A stretch of DNA of 64,000 nt from Perkinsela sp. CCAP 1560/9 (taxonomy: Eukaryota; Protista; Euglenozoa: Kinetoplastea): the NCBI GenBank assembly GCA_965644495.1, contig CBFFSA010000004.1, forward strand, positions 558,001 to 622,000, read 5' to 3'. Shown in pieces: positions 9,601 through 19,159 of this stretch; position 1 is the stretch's first letter, and each line of letters begins with the position of its first letter. The notes beneath the pieces are model-generated. The model made no database searches. It was not told where the DNA came from and worked only from the letters and a program-made list of their open reading frames with translations. A program made the translations under genes and the position numbers.

Positions 9601-10688
9601 GACTGTTTTTTAAGCCACTGAATCTTATATATTCGAACATTCGCTTGCGGGGGAAGAAAACCTTTGAAGGTGTTGTCGACCTTGTGACCTTGAACTCCGA
9701 TATACTCCATAGACAGCTTCGTTCTTCCATTCCTGCGATTTATTGTAGCTACGGTACCTTTTGAAACACTCAACGTGGTTTGGCAATCAAAGCCCCAGGT
9801 CAGAAAACATACATCACCAGTTTTGGCATTGCCAATGGCATTGGAAATTCCTTCCGACGTCATTGGGAAGTTATGTCGTGGGTCCATCGCGCTCGGGACT
9901 TCAGAATCGGGATTCCTACTTACTCCGGTTTCGCTGGCTAGATTTTCGGAGTCGGGATCGATCGGGTGTGGGGAGTGGCATTCATGAAAAACATGGGACG
10001 TATTAGGAGATTCGGTTTCGCTTTCGATGTCCTGTGGGATCGCGTGGGTATCAACTGGTAGCGGCGATGGGAGCCGATTTTCTTCTGCCGCGTTTTGCGC
10101 ATCACCGGTAGTTTGTGGCGTCGCATTAACGTCTGCAGTTTCCGCGAAGATGTCAAAGGCGCGTACGTCGTGTACATAACCTTCCCCATTGTAGGTGTAG
10201 CCTCTACTCATCATTTTCGTGTGAAATGCTTTGCGCTCGTGTGTCCAAGGAGATTCTCTTTGTGACTGAAGTGTTTCCGCAGGCTCGTTTCCGGTGTTGA
10301 AAACTGCTCCGATGGCTTGTGCGGCGACAGCGCACGTCTTCTTAATTCGGATACGCCATTTTCCTGTTTCTTTTGGCTCTCCTGACGACAGCTCCGCGGG
10401 TGGTTGTTGCTCTGCGGACGGCAGCTGGGTCTCTTTGTTCGCAGGTGTTAGCGTTCGGTCTGTTCTATGTGTTATCTGTGGCGTGGGCGCCGACTGTGTA
10501 GGTTCCGATTGTGGACGTGGAGGTTCCGGTTGTGGAGATGACGGTTCTCGCTGATCTCGCGCTGGCCCTGGGGAAGGAATGAGCGGTAGACGGGGTGGTG
10601 ATGGCGATTTCGGCGCTTCGGAATCGGCCGAGGACATCTGCAGAGCTCTCGTTCGCGCTTTACGCGAGAATGCGTGCATGCTGGGGCA
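6684..10688 (-). mobile_element. CRE-B non-LTR element, slightly 5'-truncated, with 3'UTR containing a (TATT)n tract
   Basis: Carries the 1254-aa RT-RLE ORF. Its 3' ~830 bp recur nearly identically at 62871-63710. Confidence 0.9.
6915..10679 (-). CDS. RT + CCHC + restriction-like endonuclease polyprotein (CRE clade)
   Basis: Motifs GSAPGPTG, RPICVGE, QFGV, IDLANAFNS, GVREGSPLS, FIDD, LPLKKGGLG, CPGC..H..C, RH and GPDLAI..YDLT. Confidence 0.92.
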   Translation of the reverse strand: MHAFSRKARTRALQMSSADSEAPKSPSPPRLPLIPSPGPARDQREPSSPQPEPPRPQSEPTQSAPTPQITHRTDRTLTPANKETQLPSAEQQPPAELSSGEPKETGKWRIRIKKTCAVAAQAIGAVFNTGNEPAETLQSQRESPWTHERKAFHTKMMSRGYTYNGEGYVHDVRAFDIFAETADVNATPQTTGDAQNAAEENRLPSPLPVDTHAIPQDIESETESPNTSHVFHECHSPHPIDPDSENLASETGVSRNPDSEVPSAMDPRHNFPMTSEGISNAIGNAKTGDVCFLTWGFDCQTTLSVSKGTVATINRRNGRTKLSMEYIGVQGHKVDNTFKGFLPPQANVRIYKIQWLKKQSAMDKHMNSIPVASPPVTQHTEEDLDLAPMPKLRAIHADFAPCVVAIYRDIMRNYATNSYDDRNDIWNRVLSAMKHSLTVVRTASIRRRRKRPIPDDENAGDAEELSKTEARTIKKATRLALEGCVSKATKVLDQEVRPQELTDDDVCAKLRDLHPQNHENFELPDDSPEIAIISTEELRDAGRRLDKGSAPGPTGTTDTIIRLLLDDEICCVSMCYMFADLINGLLSKQVMNRLKRARLVALPKADKGVRPICVGEVFLKLAGIVLVARHEHTLEKLFAPLQFGVSVQSGCEKVVHRLHSHYQEGKAILSIDLANAFNSPMRSDIAKVVFGLCTLRPFRRFFHAEYSEASELLYYGKNGEHYETIYSSAGVREGSPLSTLYFCAFMQPIIETLAMEFPQVKIFAFIDDINLASEDQQALADAFSRLHGLLAEKRVKMAKHKCVWFGGKHDIPIPAELEAEGVKIKHSATKTLGAYIGNDEVVSECLTQKLEKHEAIFRRLKRMGLNNISLLLLSKSVNIRHRYHTRVHTPIASEKLCKKFDSDVEAVLNTWLGKMTDKHIAWCRLPLKKGGLGLPSSTNSRTSAYNSSKRVSLEQCKPKSARLTCDEGKAQDSESVNDGPATEAMLNQKTYQELTKKNEELAPLVKACSEKGNHGWLQGKTRYIPSSQFSLMVMARLGLAHKSMPDKIICPGCKMILESKHFLAHLLGCVKCTGANATTRHHALVRHIYDLCLQTGVPCEREPRLFTTYRCLKCNESVNEQRKHEHQKKCGTASFHRSGPDLAIYWASGEIFYDLTIINEISKTNLGKRSNQLMQEAEKRKVDTYVNSDLIPHEKFTCVSILAGGAMNKSGLALLKSLADASGRDRDIVVQDFIMHLQELKGTVLCSQMSKALS

Positions 10689-10839
10689 TTGTTATCCTAT
10701 GTATAGTGTATCCGTAGAACTCCTGCATCCCTGATGTCATCAGGTAGATTTCTTCGTATTTCTTTTGTTAATGAATGAACACTATTGTGGTATTCTTGAT
10801 TTATCGTGTATTCAAAATTCACCGTTAAAGATTTCCTAT

Positions 10840-11560
10840 TTTTTTTAACGCACCTCGCTAACGGCATTCAACTGGTATTCACAGGGCCGTTTCATCTCCA
10901 TCGACCGGTGCCAAGTATTTCCTAAATTGAGACATTGCGACCGAACCATTCAGTTCTTGCAATTGCAAAGCGAAATCCTGGTGAATCTTATCGCGTGCCA
11001 GTCCACATGCATCTGCAAGAGCCGACAATAATTCCTTGGTGTTTGGATGCATGGCGCCTCCAGAAAGCATGGGAATGCACAAAAACTGCTGTTTCGGAAT
11101 TAAGCTCGACACGACGTACCGGTTAATCTTACGCTTGATAGCGTCTCGCATGAGAATTGCGCCGCTGCGTTTGATGTTGGATTGTGAAAGCTCGTGTATG
11201 ACGGTAAAATCATTGCTGGGACGTGGGGCGGGTGGAGACGAGGACAGCACACCCGACGGAGGCGAAGTCGGTCCACATCGTGGAGGTGAAGGGTGCGAAG
11301 GAGATTGCACGTGGGGCGCAAATGGCAACTGTTGCGGAGGTGGTGGTTGCGATGGCAGGGGCGATGGTGGTGGCGGCGATGGGGGCGGCGGTGAGGGCGG
11401 CGATGGGGGCGGCGGTGAGGGCGGCGATGTGGGCGGCGGTGGCGGGTCCTTTGGGAGCTTCTTGCGGCGCGTGGGGGGAAGCGATTGAACAACGGGAGCT
11501 ACCCCCGTATTCTTCGCCATGGCACGCGTGAGCATGCCCATTTAATAAAATTTAATAAAA
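10840..11560 (-). mobile_element. Internally deleted CRE-B copy (ORF 10879..11541: MGMLTRA/Pro-rich N-terminus fused to the RLE C-terminus)
   Basis: The start matches 33845; it then jumps to DFTVIHELSQSN...ELNGSV. Short poly-A at ~10840. Confidence 0.8.
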
Positions 11561-11599
11561 ATTTAATCTTACTACCGACGCATCTGCTAGAGCAAAAGT

Positions 11600-12672
11600 A
11601 AAAATTTAATCTTACTACCGACGCATTATTGCTAGAGTATCCAGTAGATTCTTCAAATTCTTATGCAAGGATCCTCCTGAAAGTACTGGAAGACATTGAA
11701 AAGATAATGCGGGAATCAATCCGGATGCGACGTACGTTGCTTGCTTCCGTTTAATGGCTTCATTAATGAGGCGTCCACATTTTTGTTGAATTCGCGACGG
11801 CGCTAGCTCATGAATGACGGTCAGATCGTAGTAGATTTCTCCGCTTTGCCAATGGATAACCAAATCAGGCCCATTGCGATGAGTCTGTCTACCAGCACAC
11901 ACTTTCGAGTGGTTGTAGCTTGTTTCTTCGGTGATGGGTGCCCGGCATGTAGTGCAGTGAACTGAGCTGAATCTTCGAGGCTCTTTCTCGCAAGGAATTC
12001 CTGCATTTAGACACATCTTGTGTATGTAGCGAACCAGGGTGTTATGTTTGAATGAGGCATTTATTCCCTTGCATTGAGTGCATCCTGGTAGATGGGTCAG
12101 AACCGAATGTTGGTTGAGTTCAGCTTGGCATCCGGGGCATCGAATTTCTTTCATTGACGATTGGAGGGGCATTCCTAATCTCGGTAATACCGCTAGCCTA
12201 AAAAGATGTGACGGTACCAACTTTGCAGTTGACTGCAGCCAGTCGTAATTTCCTTTGAAGGTTGTGGACCTTGCTATGTGGGATAGCTTCTGGGATCGTT
12301 CGCTCGCTTCATTGGTGTCTGTGCTGTTTCGTATTTCTTCTGACGCACGCACAGCATTTCGATTGACAATCTGAGCTGAAAAAGAATTATGGCGCTCGAA
12401 AATCGTTTGTCGTGATGCTGCGTAAGCTGCGCGTCGTATCGAATTACATGCAGTAAGACCCAACCCGCCTTCGCTAACGGGGAGTCGTGCTAGCTCCATT
12501 TGCTCTTGGTCCAATGGTCCCAACCAATGTTTCAATACATCTCCTACCTCTTTATCGAACTGAAGTGCCGAATCTTGAGTATTGTCCGGGGCGTGCACGC
12601 GCATGAAGTAAGAGTGTCGGACGCTCACTGATTTGGAGAGAAGTCGGAGTGAAATATTGTTCGGACCCATTA
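11600..12672 (-). pseudogene. CRE-B 3' fragment (thumb, zinc fingers, RLE)
   Basis: ORF 11615..12670 has LPVSEGGLG, CPGC..H..C and GPDLVIHW..YYDLT. Confidence 0.85.
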
Positions 12673-13197
12673 CTGTGAACTACGGTGATGTCATACAGTA
12701 CTTCACCCATGTGTGGCCACATAATACCGAGGTCGGGGCCAGAGCGTATTCTTCGGGCACGGCAAGGGTGCTTCTCAATCGATTCTGGAGAAATGTGCGC
12801 TTTGCATTTTGTGCAGTAAAAGGAAGCATGCATGCGCGGTTCAATCACAGAGGGCAGGCCCGCTTTAGAGCACAGATCTGCTAGGAACCGTACAAGAGAT
12901 GAATGCTTTCTTGTTGCGTTCATTCCTGCGCATTTTGTGCATCCGATTATATGTTGGAAGATTTCGTCCGATCTCATCTCAGCAGCACAACCCGGGCACT
13001 CGGCTCTTTCCGGCATCGAAGGAAGCTTGATTCCCAACCTGGTCATAATGGTATATCGGAAAAGGTAGGGATTCACATATCCGCTAGTGGATTGTAGGTG
13101 GCGAAGTGACGTCGTGGTTCGCTTCAGAATGGAGTCCAATCGTGGGTCTTTGCGTAGGTCTGTTGCTAGATCTTTTTGTTCTTTTTTTATGGCTTTC

Positions 13198-14976
13198 CAA
13201 ATCCAAAAAATCCAAATCATTCCGGATTGCTCCGGATGGTCACTGGCAAGCCAGACCCTTCACAGACAGATTTGGAAGTTCCGAGGCCGACGTCCTCTAC
13301 CAGTTTCCGCTTGTCCAAGGCGGCACCAACGTGCTGTTACCAACACGCTGCGTCGACGAATTGTGCGTCAACACGGCTCACCCAAGAGGTGTAAGCCGGG
13401 TAAGGGAGCTGGTTCCCTGAGGGGAGGGTCCGGGACGGTCCTCCGAGTACTGGGCCTAGTCGTTTATCAGCCCAGCCTTTTAGAGTGAGGCCGCCAGGAA
13501 TATTGCGATGAGCGGGTTTGAACTCGCCGTCTGAGCACCATGTGCTTCAAACTTTGAGTTCTTGCCACTCCGCCACCTCCACCCCTTTATGGCTTTGGAT
13601 GCATGTACTCGAGCTGTTTGCTGCATGGGTTTCGTGTCTCTGTTTTGATCTTTCGACATAATAATATAATAATAATAATATACCACTTTCTGACTAAGTG
13701 GCTAAGTGTTCGACTATTATGACAAAGAAATGTTGATATTATCTTTCGCTACTCCTAAATGCCGCTTACAACAGGAATGTAGACATGAGGCCTTATCACG
13801 GAACTTATGGCCGCATTCGGCCGTAGAATTTATAACTCTACACGCTGTGGTTGAGGGATTCACTGGTTCACGCACGAGTTCGACTGCTGCCTCGTTCGCT
13901 AGTTTGTCCACGAGTTCATTCATAAAGTTTCCGCTATGAGCTCGAACTTTCACTACGAAAATCTTGTATTTCTTCAAAATCGAACGGGCCAAGCTGGAAA
14001 TACGTTCAAGCAAATCTGCATTTTCCCAGTCTGCGTATTTACCCAACTGATACGGTACACGTACTTTGTGCCAAAAGTTCCAGACGTACTCCGAATCGAC
14101 ATGCACAACGAAGGATTCTTGCTTACCCTCCCCGATTTGCAGTGCAAGAAAAAATGCGTGAAGCTCTGATCTGATGGATGTGGCGTCCGCCTTTTGCAAT
14201 GATTGTTTCTTCGAAAAGGCAACATACCCGTTCTGTGCCACAGCTACCGCAGCTCCCGCGACTATTTGGTTGAATTTACGTTGTGATGACCCATCACAAT
14301 ACATGTGCAAGAGTCCATAATCGGGCCATAACGTCGATCCCTCTTCGAAAAACTGCAAAGTTTCCCACTTTTCCATCGCGCTCGCGTTTGAGAGTAAGAT
14401 TTGTTCTATTTCTCGCTTTTTTATTGACACAGGTACGTAACGTGCGGTAGGTTCAAGGTTCTCCCTTAAGCCTTCAACCAGCATACGCCATGCTGTACGA
14501 TCTTGGGCCTGTTCCCATAAGTGTTCGATTTCAATGCCCAGGTCCTCCGCGCACGCTTCAGATAGTGATTTTACGCGTGAATTGGGGTCCTTGTTCCACA
14601 TCATAACGTCATAAAACGGAGTGTCATGTCTTAGAAGGTGTCCTACAAGTTTGACTCTGCTTACTTTCACTACAGTCGAAAACATCAAGCCTCCTCGATA
14701 GAGAGCCTTCGTTGGGATTGATTTGTGTCCATCCCACAAAGGAGTTCCTGTAGCCAGCCTCCTCATTTTGTTGACTTCTATATCTGCTGATTTAAGCTCT
14801 GTTTTACTCGGCGTGAGAGTTGCGCACCAATATGAAAGGACGGAGCTCACCATCGCATTGAAAATACGAAGACGAAGGATAACGTTTAGACCATTGTTCC
14901 ATAGTGGTTTCAATCGGTGAAACGCCATCCATTTCGATGGATATACGTTTCGATGGATAAACGAGATTTCATCTCA
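13198..14976 (-). mobile_element. 5'-truncated RTE-like non-LTR element with RNase H, ~520-nt structured 3'UTR and (GATTTG/GATTTT)n tail
   Basis: RTE-type thumb (LRIFNAMVSSVLSY...LVGHLLR...AQDRTAWR), microsatellite tail and 4-bp TSD. Confidence 0.75.
13717..14928 (-). CDS. RT thumb + RNase HI-like domain + terminal C/H-rich finger (5'-truncated)
   Basis: YCDGS...SELHA...VDSEYV...NADL...KVRAHSG..NELVDKLA gives the D-E-D-D RNase H residues; the ORF ends with CGHKFRDKASCLHSCCKRH. Confidence 0.85.
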   Translation of the reverse strand: MAFHRLKPLWNNGLNVILRLRIFNAMVSSVLSYWCATLTPSKTELKSADIEVNKMRRLATGTPLWDGHKSIPTKALYRGGLMFSTVVKVSRVKLVGHLLRHDTPFYDVMMWNKDPNSRVKSLSEACAEDLGIEIEHLWEQAQDRTAWRMLVEGLRENLEPTARYVPVSIKKREIEQILLSNASAMEKWETLQFFEEGSTLWPDYGLLHMYCDGSSQRKFNQIVAGAAVAVAQNGYVAFSKKQSLQKADATSIRSELHAFFLALQIGEGKQESFVVHVDSEYVWNFWHKVRVPYQLGKYADWENADLLERISSLARSILKKYKIFVVKVRAHSGNFMNELVDKLANEAAVELVREPVNPSTTACRVINSTAECGHKFRDKASCLHSCCKRHLGVAKDNINISLS

Positions 14977-15496
14977 TTTCGACATGCGAATACCTACCGG
15001 AGCTTTAGGGGTAATTAGTTGCTCATCAATAGATTTTCGTGCGGTGTCAAAATAGTATCGCTGCTTCAGAGTAGAAGGAGTTAGCCCAAGGCCACCCAAG
15101 TGTTGCGGTAGTGACGCTAGTTGAATGGAAGTGTCATCTGCGAAGAACCAATATTTTACTGTGATCATTTCTGTGTCAAATCTTTGTGCCATATCCAGGG
15201 ATTCTGCCGGTCGGTGAACTCGAAGGTGATAATCGTTTCGCGGGAGTGCACATCGTTGCAGCATGGCGAGGGAGATGTTGCTAGGACCCATTTTTCGTAG
15301 CCTGCGGAATAAACATTGATGTTTCTCAAGTTTTCGGACGAGAAGAGCACTTATCTCTGCACGTTGCCCAATGTAGGCGCCGAGAATTTTGATAGTTTTG
15401 TCACACTTGGATACCCCTAAAGAACTGAGAGCCAATGATCGTCACCAGGGCATTGTAAATTTTCTGGAAGACCCTTATGTGCAAAAAAAAAACAAA

Positions 15497-15687
15497 ATGG
15501 GCCGGCAGCAACCCCCGTAGGTGAACCTTTAGCACAGCGCGAGCTTGATCTTTTTTGTGTGCATGTAAAGACTCTTATAGACCAAGGTGCAAGAGTTACT
15601 GTGAAGGCTGTTTGGGCTCCATCTACTTGGCCCGTCGCGCAAAGGCCGTACGCTCCGCAAAATACGGACACAATTATTGGAGGAATT
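15497..15687 (+). pseudogene. gag relic of a third YR family, left half (continues at 61279)
   Basis: The joined translation EPLAQRELDLFCVHVK...VTVKAVW...TIIGGI|LSLEGTQLWAKWTTNPSRKYRFPHRDIYYYDL aligns with gag 59964..61079 (ELWGVWDNEPSKEYPFPHADLYYYDI). Confidence 0.8.
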
Positions 15688-16310
15688 GCTCATCATAAAA
15701 TCTTTGTACAAAATATATAAAGAATTGTCCTAAGTAAATAATATTCATCAAGTAAATAAAACTAAATAACTACATGTCTTTCAACTTTTCTATCCTGACT
15801 ATAATGATAACAAAAAATATATGGACGTCCACAAAACAATATTCAAACTTTCTCTCTCTTGCGAATGGGTAGTTCCCCGGCGGGGAGTGGTTTGGGGGAT
15901 GGCGGGTGGGGCAACTTTCCTTTTGCGAGTGGAAAAAGATTATAAGTCACTAGAGTAAAATAATGTATAGTATAGTATGCTAAAATTATAATTACATGGT
16001 TCCCCCCGGAGGGGGCAAAATCAGGTACATATATGTATATGTGCCCCGTAGGGCCACGGTCAAAGAATAAATATTTTATTCAAGCAATTCTTTCCGTAAA
16101 CTCTAAGAATTGCTCATCATAAAATCTTTGTACAAAATATATAAAGAATTGTCCTAAGTAAATAATATTCATCAAGTAAATAAAACTAAATAACTACATG
16201 TCTTTCAACTTTTCTATCCTGACTATAATGATAACAAAAAATATATGGACGTCCACAAAACAATATTCAAACTTTCTCTCTCTTGCGAATGGGTAGTTCC
16301 CCGGCGGGGA
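15684..16310 (-). repeat. Split direct repeats B1-A2-B2 of YR family 2
   Basis: 15684-15886 is identical to 16108-16310; the intervening A repeat matches 61081-61276. Confidence 0.92.
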
Positions 16311-16622
16311 CCACCCACTCGCCAGTCTTCAAATCACCCAAACGCTAGTGACGGCAAGAAGAAGAAACCCCAGATTGCCTACTATCTGAGAGCCCCCCCC
16401 TCGTCATCTCGTCTCCTCACTCACTCATTCCTCATACACATCAAAATCGCTCACGTGTCCGTTCTGCTTGGTTATTGATTGCATGAAGTTTACGTCTCCC
16501 TCGTCTTCGTTATTTTTTTTTTTTTTTTGATTTTCAACGCTCAATATCTTATTTTTATCTACTATACGTATCATATGCGCTTTCACAAATGGCGTAATTC
16601 AATCCTTCGAAAACAACATCTT

Positions 16623-18939
16623 TCAAAAATATCGACTGTAATGATCTGCTGGGTTCTCGGATGGTCGTACGTACTCTGCTTTAACCGCTAAGCCGTTCTT
16701 GTTCAGAAAATGCAGTAAACGACGAAGCTCCTCGGTAATTCCATTTGATTTTGAAACCTTTCTATTAACAGCGGCCACACACGAAGTATTATCAATGAAC
16801 AAGTCCACACACGTATCTTTCTTAAAGTGAATTTGAAATTTCTCAAAGGCGAGTCGAACTGCCCGCGCTTCAGCTCTATTAACCTCGTAATTAAAATCCG
16901 CCGGCCACTGCGCCCCAGTGCAAAACATGGGTCCGTAATCAAGATATAGGACCGCCCCCCATCCTACAGATGACGCATCCGTAAACAAAGTATGTTGATG
17001 GGGAACAGTATCTGGGTGGCGAGGCGGTGTAACAGGTGAACGATAAAGCAATTTATCCCTCCACGCCATCAAACGTATCCTGACAGATGTCGGTAATGGG
17101 ACCTTATCATCAAGTAAATTCGGTTCGCGATTCAATCGACAAATTCGGCGCCTAACAATTTTCAACTCCAAATGGTACTCTGGCATACATATTCCCATGA
17201 TGGCCGATGCAAAAATTAATCTCCCAACGCCTGCCTCCAAAGACCCATAGGTTCCCGCTAAGAAATCATCACTTTGCAATCGTCGCGTCAACTTAGGCCC
17301 TAGACTAACCTTTCCATCTCGGTGAAAAAAGGTAACCCCATTAAAGGTATAAACATCCATTGGCGGGTCGCCATGATCCTTAAATTTAGCATTGACATTA
17401 ATAGCACGACGATCAATGAAGCGCGCGTACTCATTCACCTTAGACACCTCGCCCGCAAAACGAATACCGTCAATGTAAACATCCAGACCCCCTCCAGGAA
17501 AAGACGCATCTCGATTACAATATCGGGGGTCACCCCCAATGGTGGCCGTAAGGGTGTGCATTATCTCGGGGGCACAACGATGCCCCATGGGCATAACATT
17601 CATTTCGTATAATGTGCCCTCCTCGTCACGGAAGCGAAATTTTTGTCGTGATTCCACCGGTATCTTCACCTGCCAAAACCCGCACGCTAAATCCCGCTTA
17701 ATAGCACATTGGTCTCGAACCCGATGAAGGTAATATGCAGCATGGCAAACGGGAACCTCAGGCTTGTACTCTTCGCGAATTCTATTGTTATCGCCTCGGG
17801 TCCAGGCTATAAAGCGACGTCGCTCCGAATCGTCGTCAGCTGGCTCCACCACCGTGAACGGAATCACCCACTCCATCGAAGGTCTGGCCTTTACTACCTC
17901 GGATCCAACCCGTGAAATAACCCCTGTCTCCAACAAAGCGGATATATCAGCTGGGGGTAAAAAGGATTTGAATCGCTGCTCTATCGTCGGTGTAGACGGT
18001 AGCCGAACAAGTGTATCCCATGTTTCTGCGAATCGGCGTTCTGCTTCGCTGTTCATCATTCGTCTGAGAGTATTAACCTGCATGTCGGGTATTCCGGATT
18101 TCACGTGCAACGGAAGATTATAATCGGATGGAAGAGCCACTTTCGATGTTCGTCGAGTACGAGTAATCGTGTGTTTAACTTTCTCCTGAGGAATATCGTC
18201 TAAAAACTTGATAAAAAGATTGTCTTCCGTAATCAGATGGTCAACTTGCGCGTTGCTTTGTGCGTTCCCAGTGCCAGTGCAGTCGTCACTGGATCGGCAT
18301 TGTACCGCAGAAGAGATTCCAGGCTCTGATGTTTTGCAAGATGCTGGACCTCCTCCAAATTTAGATTGCCGTTTGCCACCTCCGCGAGAAGAAGAGTGAT
18401 CGCCCCGCGCTTTGCCGAATGTGACCCGAAACCCAATCCGAGAATTTTCCTTATCTCGACATCCACTTGTGAAGTTGTAGCCCATGACATCGGTTGGAGA
18501 GGCTTTAGTTGCGCTACATACCTTGCGAGCTCCTCCGTGCCCGGTCCCTCGATGACGGTATACATGGATGGGCGATATGGGTTTAGGCGGGACGTCTTCG
18601 TATGCCTTCCCCACCAAATTACAATTCTGTTGGACACGACTTCGTAAAACCGTTCTCTGGTCAACGCTGCCGTTTCTGACCAACGGCTTGCCCCCTTCCA
18701 GCACAGCAGCAGCGTATGTTTTTCGCGGGATGCCATGTGGTTCCACAATTTCTGAATGTGCTGCTGCGTCAGGGGTTCCATTTGACGGCATGGTTCCGTC
18801 GCTCCTTCCGCCATTAGAGATTTTACGTAGAATTTTAACGGGCTCGTATTTTCCCCTGCAAGGTTTAATATCGAGGCGAGGGTTCGGGCGTAAGTTAGTT
18901 TCGCCTGTATTCTTATCTGCAAACTGGCAAGAAAAGTCA
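16623..18939 (-). CDS. YR family 2 pol frame (RT + DIRS-type RNase H), 3' part; overlaps the YR gene
   Basis: Motifs LPLHVK, KRDLACGFWQ, MPMGHRCAP, DVYIDG, FTDAS..GWGA, NRAEA, IDNT and NPADHYSR. The frame stays open up to the insertion point. Confidence 0.9.
18233..18939 (-). CDS. Tyrosine recombinase of YR family 2, C-terminal part
   Basis: Motifs WKGASRWSE (R), HTKT (K), HSAKRGA (H..R) and AKH...LRY (H, Y). Confidence 0.9.
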
Positions 18940-19159
18940 TTGTTGATTTTTATTATTAAATTTTATTAAATGGGCATGCTGACGCGTGCCAAGGCGAAGG
19001 ATACGGGGGTAGCCCCTGTTATCCAGACGCTTCCCCCCACACGCCGGAAGAAGAAACCCCCACAGGAGCCACCACCTCCGCGGACCCCGGCGCAACCTGC
19101 TGCACCGCCATCCGCCGCGCCGTCTGCTGCACCATCTTCCGCTGTGCCATCTGTTGCTC

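Larger units (their letters stand above)
12673..15435 (-). pseudogene. CRE-type fragment split by the RTE-like insertion (14977-15435 and 12673-13197)
   Basis: Removing 13198-14976 and one copy of the 4-bp duplication (GAAA on the - strand) rejoins ...GIRMSK-AIKKEQKDL... in frame. Confidence 0.75.
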
